Part shown: piece after piece, positions 1-8,685 of the stretch
Layout of the letters: each line of letters begins with the position of its first letter
Numbering within the stretch: position 1 is the first letter of the stretch
Origin: Pyrobaculum aerophilum str. IM2
GTDB taxonomy: Archaea > Thermoproteota > Thermoprotei > Thermoproteales > Thermoproteaceae
Assembly: GCF_000007225.1 (NCBI RefSeq)
Contig: NC_003364.1
Location: forward strand, 1,140,001 to 1,172,000
DNA length: 32,000 nucleotides
Direction: 5' to 3'
Notes under the pieces: model-generated
Databases searched by the model: none
What the model was told of the DNA's origin: nothing
Seen by the model: only the letters and a program-made list of their open reading frames with translations
Program-made: the position numbers and the translations under genes

Positions 1-1723
1 GAAAGGTTGAGTCTGCGTGGTAAATAGCCTCTACAGTGAGCTGGGCCTCCGCCTCTCCTCTGTACACTGCTCTAACTACGTCTTTAACTGTAGCGGACTT
101 GCCCCCGCAACTAAACTTCCCGCCGCTGTACTCCGGGTCGCACCCCAACACTTTCCGCGCCGCTTTTAAAAGCTCCTCTTTCAGCCTCCTGGCCGCAAGT
201 ATTGCCGCCGAGCCCCCAGCTGTTATTGACCGGCTGCCCATAGTCCCAATGCCGTCAGATATCAGGGCTGTGTCCCCCCAGACGACTTTAACAGACTCAA
301 TTGGCACGTCTAACTCCTCGGCGACTATTTGAGCCAGGGCAGTGGCCAGGCCCTGGCCGTGCGGCGTGAGGGCCGTGTACAACGTGAAAGTGCCGTCTCT
401 CTCAGCTCTGAGAATTGCCGTTTCGTAACCAAATGTTGTAATCTCTACGTATACCGAGAAGCCGACTCCTACGACGCGTCCGCGTTTAAGCTCCTCCTCA
501 GCCCACTGTTTAAGCTGGGAATAGCCCAGCCTCTCTAGCCCTTGTTTAAACGTGGTGAGGTAGTCGCCGGTGTCGTACGTAATGCCAAAGACATTTGTAT
601 AGGGCAGCTGTCGAATTAAATTCCTCTCCCTAATCTCCACTCTGTCTATGCCGAGCTCGTCGGCGAGGCGGTCCATAATTCTTTCAATAAAAAACGTGGC
701 CTCGGGCCTGCCGGCCCCCCTGTACGCGCTAAGCGGAGTTTTATTAGTCAACACTGCAACGGCTTTAACTCTGCCGTTGCGTATATCGTAAGGCCCCGGG
801 AGCATTCTCGCGGCCGTATCGGCCAGCCCCTCCCCCCAGTAATAAGCCCCTGCGTCGGCATATACAGTCCCCTCAATAGCTAAAATCCTCCCGTCGCGCG
901 TGGCGCCTACTCTGTAATCTAGTATTAACGCCCTGCCGTGAGTAGTCGTTTTGAAATCCTCGCTTCTAGTTGCAACCCACTTCACAGGCCTTTTCAATAA
1001 ATACGCCGCCTTGGAGACCCATATCTCCTCGGGGTAGACTATCAGTTTTGAGCCGAAGGCGCCGCCCACAAAGGGCTGTACCGCTCTTACTTTCACAAGG
1101 GGAATGTCAAGCGCCTTGGCCACTTCTTTTCTTATATCAAAAGGCACTTGGGTAGAGCTCCAAATAGTCAGCATATCGCCGTCATAAGCCGCCACCACCC
1201 CCCGGGGCTCCATAGCCGCCGGCACTACTCGTTGTATTGTAAGCCTCTCCTCTATCTTGACCTCAGCCTCTCTCATTGCACTGTCAACATCGCCTCCTTC
1301 ATACACCTCTTCATGTGCTATATTAGTGCCGAGGTTTTCGTCTACCAACGGCGCTCCTGGCCTCAAGGCCTCAAAGACGTCTAACACCGCCGGGAGGGGC
1401 TCGTAATCCACTACTACCTTCTCTAACGCGTCGTATAAAAGATAGCGGTCACCAGCCACGACCATGGCCACGGCCTCTCCCTGGTATCTCACCTTGCCCC
1501 CAGGGGCGAAGCCCATCTCCTCCGGCCCGAACACCGCCACAACTCCCTTTTGTTTAGCCGCGTCGGAGAGATCAACCCTAAGGACTCTGGCGTGGGCGTA
1601 GGGGGAGCGGACAAATCCCGCGTACAACATTCCAGGAAGGACTATGTCGTCGACGTACTGCGCCCGTCCGCTGAGAATTACGTCGTCCTCAAACCTGGGT
1701 ATCGGTCTGCCGACGTACTTCAT
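1..1723 (-). CDS. Molybdopterin-binding large subunit of an aerobic-type CO/xanthine dehydrogenase family enzyme (CoxL/XdhA-like), partial; the 3' end lies beyond the left edge
   Basis: The ORF is missing from the track because it runs off the window. The reverse-strand ATG at 1723 reads MKYVGRPIPRFEDD. It overlaps the upstream small-subunit stop (1720-1722) as ATGA. Reverse translation near 1440-1510 gives GFAPGGKVRYQGEAVAMVVAGDRY, typical of this family. The gene order is M-S-L. Confidence 0.85.
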   Translation of the reverse strand, partial: MKYVGRPIPRFEDDVILSGRAQYVDDIVLPGMLYAGFVRSPYAHARVLRVDLSDAAKQKGVVAVFGPEEMGFAPGGKVRYQGEAVAMVVAGDRYLLYDALEKVVVDYEPLPAVLDVFEALRPGAPLVDENLGTNIAHEEVYEGGDVDSAMREAEVKIEERLTIQRVVPAAMEPRGVVAAYDGDMLTIWSSTQVPFDIRKEVAKALDIPLVKVRAVQPFVGGAFGSKLIVYPEEIWVSKAAYLLKRPVKWVATRSEDFKTTTHGRALILDYRVGATRDGRILAIEGTVYADAGAYYWGEGLADTAARMLPGPYDIRNGRVKAVAVLTNKTPLSAYRGAGRPEATFFIERIMDRLADELGIDRVEIRERNLIRQLPYTNVFGITYDTGDYLTTFKQGLERLGYSQLKQWAEEELKRGRVVGVGFSVYVEITTFGYETAILRAERDGTFTLYTALTPHGQGLATALAQIVAEELDVPIESVKVVWGDTALISDGIGTMGSRSITAGGSAAILAARRLKEELLKAARKVLGCDPEYSGGKFSCGGKSATVKDVVRAVYRGEAEAQLTVEAIYHADSTF

Positions 1724-2163
1724 AGACCCGCTGCCTCTTTTATTGCATTAATAATGTTCTGGTAACCAGTGCATCTACACAATACCCCGCTAATGCCCTC
1801 TATGACTTCCTCCTCGCTCTTCACGCCCCTTTTCAGAAGGTGATAAGCCGTTAACAACATGCCCGAGGTGCAGAAGCCGCACTGCGCGGCGTGATTTCTC
1901 TTAAAAGCCTCTTTCAGCCTGTCCATAACTTCATCGCTGTGTTCAATTGTGAATATCTCCGCGCCGTCTGCCTGCACGGCGAGTATATTACAGCTCTTAA
2001 CAGGCCTCCCGTTCATTATAACCGTACAAGCGCCGCAAGTGGCAGTATCGCACCCGATTCGCACAGAGGTGAAGCCGAGCTCCCGCAGTACGTGGGCCAA
2101 CAGCCTGCGCGGCTCCACTTCCACTTCGTACAAAACTCCGTTTATTTTCAGGAAGACTCTCAT
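1720..2163 (-). CDS. [2Fe-2S]-binding small subunit of the CoxS/XdhC-type molybdoenzyme
   Basis: The 147-aa product has a plant-type ferredoxin cluster (CDTATCGACTV) and a second cluster (CGFCTSG...CRCTGY). It overlaps both flanking genes by 4 nt. Confidence 0.95.
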   Translation of the reverse strand: MRVFLKINGVLYEVEVEPRRLLAHVLRELGFTSVRIGCDTATCGACTVIMNGRPVKSCNILAVQADGAEIFTIEHSDEVMDRLKEAFKRNHAAQCGFCTSGMLLTAYHLLKRGVKSEEEVIEGISGVLCRCTGYQNIINAIKEAAGL

Positions 2164-2984
2164 AACCTCCCCAGCGCCCTCCTCAAGGCCACTCCTATTA
2201 AATGCCTCCTATACTCGGCAGAGGCCCTGAAGTCAGAGGGCGGGTTCGCCTCTCTCCTTGCGGCCTCGACGGCTTCGTCAATTACCTCAGGCCTAAGCGG
2301 AGCGCTCTCTAAAACTGCCTCCACTTTCCTAAGCCTCACGGGCCTGTCAGCCGCCCCTAAAGCGGCGATTTTAACGTTAAAGACGCGTCCTTCCTTTACC
2401 TCGCCGGTCACCGCGACGGCGGCGAGGGCGAAGTCGTTGTGCCTCCTTGAAAACTTGACGTACGCCCCCCTCTGCGGACATTTAAACGCCACGCCGGCCA
2501 CCAGCTCCCCCCTTTCAAGGGCTGTGGAGTACGCCCCCTTGAAGAACTTCTCGGCTTCCACCTCACGCCGTCCGCCTGGGCCTATGATTTTTACGACACC
2601 GCCCAGGGCCAACATCGCCGCGGGCCAATCGCCGAAGGGATCCGCGTGGGCTAGAGAACCGCCTAAGGTGCCGAGAGATCTAATCTGGACGTCCCCAATT
2701 CTAGATGCCACTTGCCTCAAAAACGGGCAGGGAGACTCCTCAAGCTCAAAATGCCTAGTCAAAGCCCCAAGCTCCACCACCTCCCCATAGCGGGCGTAAC
2801 GCAGTTCTGACAGGCGGCTGATGTCCACTAACAGCCCATATGAGACGGCGCGGAGCTTCAACAGGGGGATTAAGCTCTGTCCCCCCGCCAGCGGCGCCGA
2901 GTCGTCGCGACTAGACAACAACTTCAACGCCTCATCGAGACTGGTTGCCCGGACGTATTCGAAATTCGGCGGATACACGCACAA
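2160..2984 (-). CDS. FAD-binding medium subunit (CoxM-like) of the molybdoenzyme
   Basis: The 274-aa product has an N-terminus FEYVRATSLDEALKLL and motifs LAGGQSLIPLLKLR and GTLGGSLAHADP, typical of the CO dehydrogenase flavoprotein domain. The start is TTG at 2984 or GTG at 2978. Confidence 0.9.
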   Translation of the reverse strand: MCVYPPNFEYVRATSLDEALKLLSSRDDSAPLAGGQSLIPLLKLRAVSYGLLVDISRLSELRYARYGEVVELGALTRHFELEESPCPFLRQVASRIGDVQIRSLGTLGGSLAHADPFGDWPAAMLALGGVVKIIGPGGRREVEAEKFFKGAYSTALERGELVAGVAFKCPQRGAYVKFSRRHNDFALAAVAVTGEVKEGRVFNVKIAALGAADRPVRLRKVEAVLESAPLRPEVIDEAVEAARREANPPSDFRASAEYRRHLIGVALRRALGRL

Positions 2985-3008
2985 TCAACGGCACTCCATT
3001 TTTAACAA

Positions 3009-3761
3009 TTACCTCTGGATCTCGCCCATTGCCTCAAGGGCTTTGTAAAAAGCCCTGTACGCCGCGTCTGGATCTATAAGGGCTTTTGGCGCGTCCTCCC
3101 TTTTGAGAAAGCCTATGAATTCATCTATAGGGGCTTTCTCTGCGTACTTCGCGGCGTTGGGATCTCTGAGGAGGGAAAAGGCGTAAGTAGCAAGGTACTT
3201 AAACGACGTCCCGCCGTATTTAAACACTTCATCTCCCAGCTCGCCATAAAGCCTAGCCAAGGCCAGCCCCACGGCGTAGCTCAAGGCTATAGTCCTCGAG
3301 ACGTAGAAGTCGTGCTTTTCCAACTCCCCCCACTCGGCCCTGGCCCCCAGCTCAGACCAGAAGCGAAAAGCCTCCTCGGCCCCCCGGCGCCCCGGCACCG
3401 CCATTATTAAAACCCTCTGGCCGCGGATAGAAGAGGCCCCGGGGCCGAAGAGGGGGTGGACAGTGGCGACGAGGGCGTCTTGGGGGAACAAGCCGTAGGT
3501 CTCCACCACGCCCTCTTTAAAAGTGGCGATGTCCATTACAAGCCTCCCCCGGGAAAGGGGGGCCAGCGCCTTAAGCACGCCGCTTGTCTCCCAAAACGGC
3601 ACGGCCACAATCAGCGCCTCGGCCCACAGGGCCAGCTCCTCTAAAGAGCCCACGTCGGATCTCGACTTATCTACGTCGAAAATCCTCACCTCGTGTAAAG
3701 AGGTCATCTCCCTCTTCAGCCATGATCCCATGGCCCCGCCGCCCACAATTCCCACTCTCAT
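3009..3761 (-). CDS. tyrA: Prephenate dehydrogenase
   Basis: There is a Rossmann motif at MRVGIVGGGAMGS and a VHPLFGP motif. I moved the start from the track's 3812 to the ATG at 3761, because a TATA-like gtttataaatt (3781-3791) lies about 25 nt upstream of it. Confidence 0.8.
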   Translation of the reverse strand: MRVGIVGGGAMGSWLKREMTSLHEVRIFDVDKSRSDVGSLEELALWAEALIVAVPFWETSGVLKALAPLSRGRLVMDIATFKEGVVETYGLFPQDALVATVHPLFGPGASSIRGQRVLIMAVPGRRGAEEAFRFWSELGARAEWGELEKHDFYVSRTIALSYAVGLALARLYGELGDEVFKYGGTSFKYLATYAFSLLRDPNAAKYAEKAPIDEFIGFLKREDAPKALIDPDAAYRAFYKALEAMGEIQR

Positions 3762-3858
3762 GCACGACCCACTAGGCCAATTTATAAACATGCCGCCAAG
3801 CCTGGCGCCCAACAGCGCCTGTCAAAGGCGACTGCAGAAATACCAGTCCCGCGGAAGG

Positions 3859-4392
3859 CTATTCCTTGGACTCGCCCATCTCTTCGGCCTTTTTCCTCCT
3901 CGCGAGGGCCACCCAAATGGAGGCGTATGCATGTAGCTTCCACGTCTCGGGAGTGCCGTATTCTATAATTAGCCTCCTAGCCACCTCTCTCAGCCACAGG
4001 GCCTCTTCATATGTCAACTCCTCTTTCTGGATGAGCTCCTTCAGCCTCTCCACCTCCTCTTTAGAAAGCGGGTTGGCCCCCACCAGCTTCACAACACGCC
4101 AAAGCTCCCCCCTCGCGAGCTCCGCCCTTTTCTTGTCAATAACGTCCTCAGCAGTTAAAAACTCCAGGAAAAACTCTTGATAGCTAGCAAAACCGTTTAA
4201 TAAACGGCTAAACCTCTCATCTACATAACGCCTCAGCTCCCCCTGCCCCTCTCTTATCTGTCTCAACTCCCTCTCAACTGTCTTAAACCGCTTGTCGATC
4301 TCCTTAAACTTGCCTCTCAGCCAGTACAACGCGCCTCCCAACATCCCCACGACAGTGAGGGAAAACCCCACGACGTAGTAAACAATATCCAC
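3859..4392 (-). CDS. Hypothetical membrane-anchored coiled-coil protein
   Basis: The 177-aa product has an N-terminal TM segment (VYYVVGFSLTVVGMLGGALYWL) followed by a charged helical region. It starts at GTG and has its own TATA-like element (4411-4419 on the plus strand). I recognise no family. Confidence 0.6.
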   Translation of the reverse strand: MDIVYYVVGFSLTVVGMLGGALYWLRGKFKEIDKRFKTVERELRQIREGQGELRRYVDERFSRLLNGFASYQEFFLEFLTAEDVIDKKRAELARGELWRVVKLVGANPLSKEEVERLKELIQKEELTYEEALWLREVARRLIIEYGTPETWKLHAYASIWVALARRKKAEEMGESKE

Positions 4393-4438
4393 GAAAAGCT
4401 CTCCCCGCGCACATAAATACTTAACGGGAAACGCCCCC

Positions 4439-4933
4439 TTAGCTTAGAAAAGTGGGGTTGAAAACTGCGACAACTCTCAGCGTCTTGCCAGAGGGCACGT
4501 TGGCGTCTACGAGGACCTCCACGCGGGCGGGGACGCAGGCGCCCGGGGGGAGGACCCACCTCCACTCAGACCGATTGCCCCACTTAACCCCAAAGAAAGA
4601 CCCGTTTACATACACCGCGAAGACCCTAACCCCCTCGGGCACCTCAGAGACGCGCGCCCAAACCGCCGCGGGCTTGTCCGCCAAGTTGCACAGAGGCATT
4701 TCAAAAACGACGATAGAGCCAGGCGCCGCCTCCACCCAATGCGAGCCGTTAACTCCCACTCCAAACACAGCCGCCCGCGCGCCGCCCTCCCCCCTTGTTG
4801 CAAACGCCGCGGGGCCGAAGAAAAGCCCCAGCATTGACACAATTCCCATAATTAACAGGGCAACGGCCCACCTCCTCTCTTCCGGCGAAACCTCTTCAAC
4901 TTTAACTCTCTGTTCGACCTTGGCCTCGGTCAT
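4439..4933 (-). CDS. Secreted or membrane-anchored protein A3 of operon A (C-terminal LPPGAC...VDANVP motif)
   Basis: The ATG at 4933 overlaps the upstream stop (4930-4932) as ATGA; the track's TTG at 4939 is less likely. The product has one TM segment (WAVALLIMGIVSMLGLFF). Its C-terminus aligns without gaps to the C-terminus of the 202-aa protein at 10721-11329. Confidence 0.65.
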   Translation of the reverse strand: MTEAKVEQRVKVEEVSPEERRWAVALLIMGIVSMLGLFFGPAAFATRGEGGARAAVFGVGVNGSHWVEAAPGSIVVFEMPLCNLADKPAAVWARVSEVPEGVRVFAVYVNGSFFGVKWGNRSEWRWVLPPGACVPARVEVLVDANVPSGKTLRVVAVFNPTFLS

Positions 4934-7167
4934 CCCCAAGCCTCTATGGAGTACGCTTTTAGTATTTGTCCTGCGTTTGTTTTATACCCGACGTATTGCG
5001 GCGTTGTGGAGTATGTACAGCCGTATCTGGCCAGTATAGCGCCGTTTTGGTCTCTTATTATCACGTCGCCAAATCCGTTTAACGGCCTGAGCTCTACGTA
5101 TTTCGCCGCTGGGAGCGTGCCGAGGGCGACTGCTGAAGGCCCGCAGAGGGCTGAGAAGGAAGAGCCCGTCTTGAATACGCCGAAAATAACATTAAACGAG
5201 GAGTCAAAAACTACAAACGCCCCAACGCCGGTGAAATTAGAGAGGTAAGTGAGGGCGTTGGGGACGAGGCCTCTGTAAGCAACGGCGCCGTTAGCTAAAA
5301 ACAACGCGTAATTAGTTTGCCACGCGTAAACGCCTGTGGAGTACCAGCCGCCTGGGAGGGGACAGCTGTAGCTCGTAATGGAGACGGGGCCCCACAACAC
5401 CTGAATATCGCCGTTGATGTTACCTGAGTCGTAGTAGCTGGCGTCTGTTACGACAAGCGCTATTTTCAACACAGCGCCAGTGATAGAGCCGAGGTTTATG
5501 TTGAAGCTAAGAGTCTGCTTGTAGGAAGTTATAGCGCCTAGCGCAGTAACGAGGTATCCAGCCGGCGCGTTGCACGTGCCCGCCGAGGACACAGTGCACA
5601 CAACTTGGCTAGTGAACGGGGAGACGATTACGCCGTTGTACTGAGCCGTGTCGTAATAGTAGTAGATATATTCCACGTCGCCTACGCCGTCAAAATTACT
5701 ATCTACCAGTAGGTCGATGTACACGACGTTATTAATGCCATCTCCGACCCCTCTGTAGTACTGCGCGGTCACGGAAATCGCAGCGTTAGTGGCGTTGAAG
5801 ACGTAGCTGAAAATGCCGGCGGCGATGCCGTAATCGGCGCTGGGGTTGTTGTTATTCCCGTAGGCGTCCACCTGCGTCACTAAGTAATTCCCCGGCGCCA
5901 CGAACACTGAGGTGTACTGTTGCCCCCTAGTGACTGTCTGTAGATCGCTGGGAGCGGAACAGGGGGTTTGGATAGACAAATTCTTCCAGTCGACCCAGAA
6001 GTCGCCAGCGGGGGAACCTGCGACGAATCCCGAGGCATCGACCACGGCGAGGGCAACGCTCACGATATTCCCGCTCAGCGTACTGGGCAGCACTACTGTG
6101 ATTTTAAAAGCGGAACCGCTCGAGACGCTCTGGACCTTAATCAGCCCATATACCTGTGGCGGGTTTGTTGTCGGGTTACCGTTGGCGTCTATACTGGCTA
6201 CCTGAGTTCCTGGGTTCACCAGAACGGAGTAAATGGTGCCATTACCATCGGCGGTGTCCCATACATAGGCGATGATCTCTATGTCCGCTGTGCCGTTGCC
6301 GTTAGTGTCAATGCCAATTGACACATAAGCCACGTTGTTCTGAGTATCCCGCGAATTTCTGTAATAAGTTCCTTCCACAGACACCACGGTCCCCCCGGCT
6401 GAGATGGAGCCCCACCGCGATGTCACATTATAGATAATAGAAGATATACCATATCCTATTGGTCTTGCGTCTATTTGCGTTCTTATGGAAGTACCGGTAT
6501 ATTGAACGGGGTTTGTCAATGTGGCGGTAAAATACACGGTGTACTCCGTGATGTAGGCCGGCTTAGATGTATATGCCAGCGGGTCGTAGTATGTGGTGGA
6601 GCCGCTACATGTAAAGGTCTTTTGATATGTATAGCCGGGACAACTGAAGCTCTGTTGGTACAGCCTCTGCATTGGCTCTGCTGTGAAGTTCACCCACTGC
6701 CACGCCGTTATGCCTCCCTGTTGGAAAATTGCCCTGGCCAGCACGGAGTATCTGCCGGTTGTCGTCGTTGTCCATACAAGCTGGGCGGTTGTGGGGACGA
6801 AGGGCCCCGCGTCTTGCTGGTCAGTTATCTGCGGCTGGCCGCCTAGCGATATGGCGTAGGTGCCGCCGGGGTTGCCGGCGCGGGAGACGGCCACAAGCCT
6901 CGCGCTCCATCCGGGGTCGCGGGCTCTGAATCTGCCCACTACGTACTGCTCCGGCCACCCCGGCATGAACTTCATGTAGTAGTACGTAATGTTGACGTCT
7001 GATAACTGGTACCACCCCCTGGCCAGCGGGTATAGAGAGGCGTTGAAGTCTTTCATGACGGGGGGGAGCGTGGCGTTTACCCTCCAGTACGTGACGTTGA
7101 AGAAGGAAAACAGGGCGTATACGGCGGCTACTCCCAAGGCGATTAGCAGAAGCGCCAGCCTCTTCAT
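4930..7167 (-). CDS. Large secreted, sequon-rich beta-type protein A2 of operon A (745 aa) with an internal tandem domain duplication
   Basis: The product has an N-terminal hydrophobic segment followed by NVTYWRVNATLPPVMK. There are many N-x-S/T sequons and the composition is rich in T, S, G, Y, V and N. Two ~165-aa repeats are present (aa ~236-404 and ~445-604). It overlaps the upstream gene as ATGA. Confidence 0.75.
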   Translation of the reverse strand: MKRLALLLIALGVAAVYALFSFFNVTYWRVNATLPPVMKDFNASLYPLARGWYQLSDVNITYYYMKFMPGWPEQYVVGRFRARDPGWSARLVAVSRAGNPGGTYAISLGGQPQITDQQDAGPFVPTTAQLVWTTTTTGRYSVLARAIFQQGGITAWQWVNFTAEPMQRLYQQSFSCPGYTYQKTFTCSGSTTYYDPLAYTSKPAYITEYTVYFTATLTNPVQYTGTSIRTQIDARPIGYGISSIIYNVTSRWGSISAGGTVVSVEGTYYRNSRDTQNNVAYVSIGIDTNGNGTADIEIIAYVWDTADGNGTIYSVLVNPGTQVASIDANGNPTTNPPQVYGLIKVQSVSSGSAFKITVVLPSTLSGNIVSVALAVVDASGFVAGSPAGDFWVDWKNLSIQTPCSAPSDLQTVTRGQQYTSVFVAPGNYLVTQVDAYGNNNNPSADYGIAAGIFSYVFNATNAAISVTAQYYRGVGDGINNVVYIDLLVDSNFDGVGDVEYIYYYYDTAQYNGVIVSPFTSQVVCTVSSAGTCNAPAGYLVTALGAITSYKQTLSFNINLGSITGAVLKIALVVTDASYYDSGNINGDIQVLWGPVSITSYSCPLPGGWYSTGVYAWQTNYALFLANGAVAYRGLVPNALTYLSNFTGVGAFVVFDSSFNVIFGVFKTGSSFSALCGPSAVALGTLPAAKYVELRPLNGFGDVIIRDQNGAILARYGCTYSTTPQYVGYKTNAGQILKAYSIEAWG

Positions 7168-7835
7168 CCCGCCGCGGCGAGGAAGTCCAGCTTTTCCCTG
7201 TCCTCAGGCGGGAGGGCGCTGGGATCGACGGAGGACAGTATTACCTCTGCCGCCTTTTTCGGGTCAATGAAATAATAGGTAAAGGCTCCAATTCTAATGG
7301 ACTTCAGCTTCCCCTCCCTCTCCAAGACGTATATGTGCCACTGCACCGCGCCCCAGCTCTTGCCAGTGGCCTTAGCTATTTGCGACATAGTGGCGGCGCC
7401 CATTTGTTCCACCACGCGGAGTATTTCCCTCCTGGCGGGGTCGTCCGCAGCGGCCCTCTTTATCCTCGCCACAATGGGGAGTACGGGCGCGGCGAGGAGC
7501 TCCCTCCTGTTACTGGCGAGGTGGCTCAGTCCGGCCGCCGCCGCCACGCCGGTCGCGACGACTATAAGGGGCGACACAGTGGGCGGAGGGGCAGGCGGGG
7601 GAGGCGGGGCGCGGTATTCAACGGCTATGTAGCCGCTGAAAGCCGCTGGGCTTAACCCGGGGTTTGCGCACATAATCGTCACAGGCTTGTCTATGTATAA
7701 GACTCCAGTGGCGTTGCAAGCGCCCGCGGGCAAGACAGCGTGTACTGTGGCAGTAGTATTAGGCGGCACGTACACTGGGAACAGCCATGTGGCCAGAGGC
7801 GCCAGTATTATAAATACAGTGATGTTCACAAGCAT
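7164..7835 (-). CDS. Membrane-tethered winged-helix (ArsR/TrmB-like) transcription regulator A1. Layout: signal/TM, small extracellular domain, poly-Pro linker, TM, cytoplasmic wHTH
   Basis: N-terminal TM segment: VFIILAPLATWLFPV. The extracytoplasmic part carries LPAGAC. The linker is APPPPPAPPP. The second TM segment (LIVVATGVAAAAGL) is followed by NRRE. The wHTH region reads RREILRVVEQMGAATMSQIAKATGKSWGAVQWHIYVLEREGKL. Confidence 0.75.
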   Translation of the reverse strand: MLVNITVFIILAPLATWLFPVYVPPNTTATVHAVLPAGACNATGVLYIDKPVTIMCANPGLSPAAFSGYIAVEYRAPPPPPAPPPTVSPLIVVATGVAAAAGLSHLASNRRELLAAPVLPIVARIKRAAADDPARREILRVVEQMGAATMSQIAKATGKSWGAVQWHIYVLEREGKLKSIRIGAFTYYFIDPKKAAEVILSSVDPSALPPEDREKLDFLAAAG

Positions 7836-7850
7836 TTAAATGCTTCGATA

Positions 7851-7868
7851 TAAATATTCTACGTTGTG
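7851..7868 (-). promoter_or_regulatory. Promoter-proximal element upstream of operon A (plus-strand taaatattctacgttgtg): TATA/BRE plus an ACGT-centred site
   Basis: It matches 11352-11369 upstream of operon B at 17 of 18 positions. It lies 16-33 nt upstream of the A1 start codon (7835). Confidence 0.55.
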
Positions 7869-7897
7869 GTAATTATTACTACGGATCAATTCCGCGT

Positions 7898-8260
7898 TTA
7901 ACCGCCTCGGCGGGCCAGTTTTAACAAATCCCAGTACAAGCCCTTGTCCAGTATCTCTGTCACCAGCCCTAAGTCTAATGCGCCGTAGCCGTGCACTACG
8001 ACGTTTCTAAATCCTATTGTCCTCCTCAACAGCGCGGCCTCCAGTACTCCAAGTTGCGCAAGAGCCCTCGGTATGTCTGAATACTTAGCAGGCGGCTCCG
8101 TCCCCGCCTCCGCTGCCAGCCTCGACGCGGCGTCTATTAGCGCTTGTATTGCCACTTACATTAAACGCAACGCCGCGTTTAACAAGACGTAGTCTTCCAC
8201 AATTTCCCTGGCGCCGTGCCGCTTGACTAAGCCGTCGAGAGTCTCCACGTTTCTCTTCAC
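7898..8260 (-). pseudogene. hepT: HepT (DUF86/HEPN) toxin gene interrupted by an in-frame TAA
   Basis: The downstream part (7898-8155) carries the HEPN motif R-x4-H-x-Y (FRNVVVHGY). The same frame continues upstream as KRNVETLDGLVKRHGAREIVEDYVLLNAALRLM, then TAA (8156-8158), then VAIQALIDAAS. A probable GTG start at 8260 lies 8 nt after the MNT stop. The total is about 120 codons, the normal HepT size. Confidence 0.65.
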
Positions 8261-8268
8261 TAAGGAAA

Positions 8269-8673
8269 TCAGCGAGTCGATTTTTCCGATAGCGTCTTCA
8301 CAAACCTCTCCTGCACGCCTGTCTTCTTGAGGAATATTTGGAAGTCGGCCCACAGGTAAAACGCCTTTACTAACTTGTCTATGTACGCCCCCTTGTCTTT
8401 GGCATATATAAGCCTCCCCGCCAAGGTTCTGTATTTCAACTCGTAGGGCAAGTCGTCGGAAATTACGAGCACGTCCACTCGGTTCACGCCCAAGGCGTCT
8501 GAGGCGTCTACTGAAAAGTCTGCGATAAAAGCCAGCGGGTCGCAATTATCCGCTATCTTAACCGCCACGTCGACGTCGCTGAGTGGCCCCGCCCTGCCCG
8601 TCGCAACTGAGCCGAAAAGTACTGCGAAGATGACGCAGTCGCCGTATTTCTCCTCTATTAAGCCTCGACGCAA
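8269..8673 (-). CDS. mntA: MNT-type nucleotidyltransferase antitoxin (minimal nucleotidyltransferase)
   Basis: It has the motif FGSVATGRAGPLSDVDVAV (GS-x9/10-DxD). It sits directly upstream of the HepT-like gene. The start is TTG at 8673, 12 nt after the stop of the preceding membrane-protein gene. Confidence 0.85.
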   Translation of the reverse strand: MRRGLIEEKYGDCVIFAVLFGSVATGRAGPLSDVDVAVKIADNCDPLAFIADFSVDASDALGVNRVDVLVISDDLPYELKYRTLAGRLIYAKDKGAYIDKLVKAFYLWADFQIFLKKTGVQERFVKTLSEKSTR

Positions 8674-8685
8674 CCGCCTCGCTCA

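Noticed and set aside
1891-2790. A 299-aa plus-strand ORF, plus similar long antisense ORFs at 4452-5039, 3523-3936, 9690-10133, 23588-23950 and 19948-20265
   Set aside because: These are shadows opposite well-supported genes in a GC-rich genome. Their translations are low-complexity and rich in S, P, A, T and R, with no motifs.
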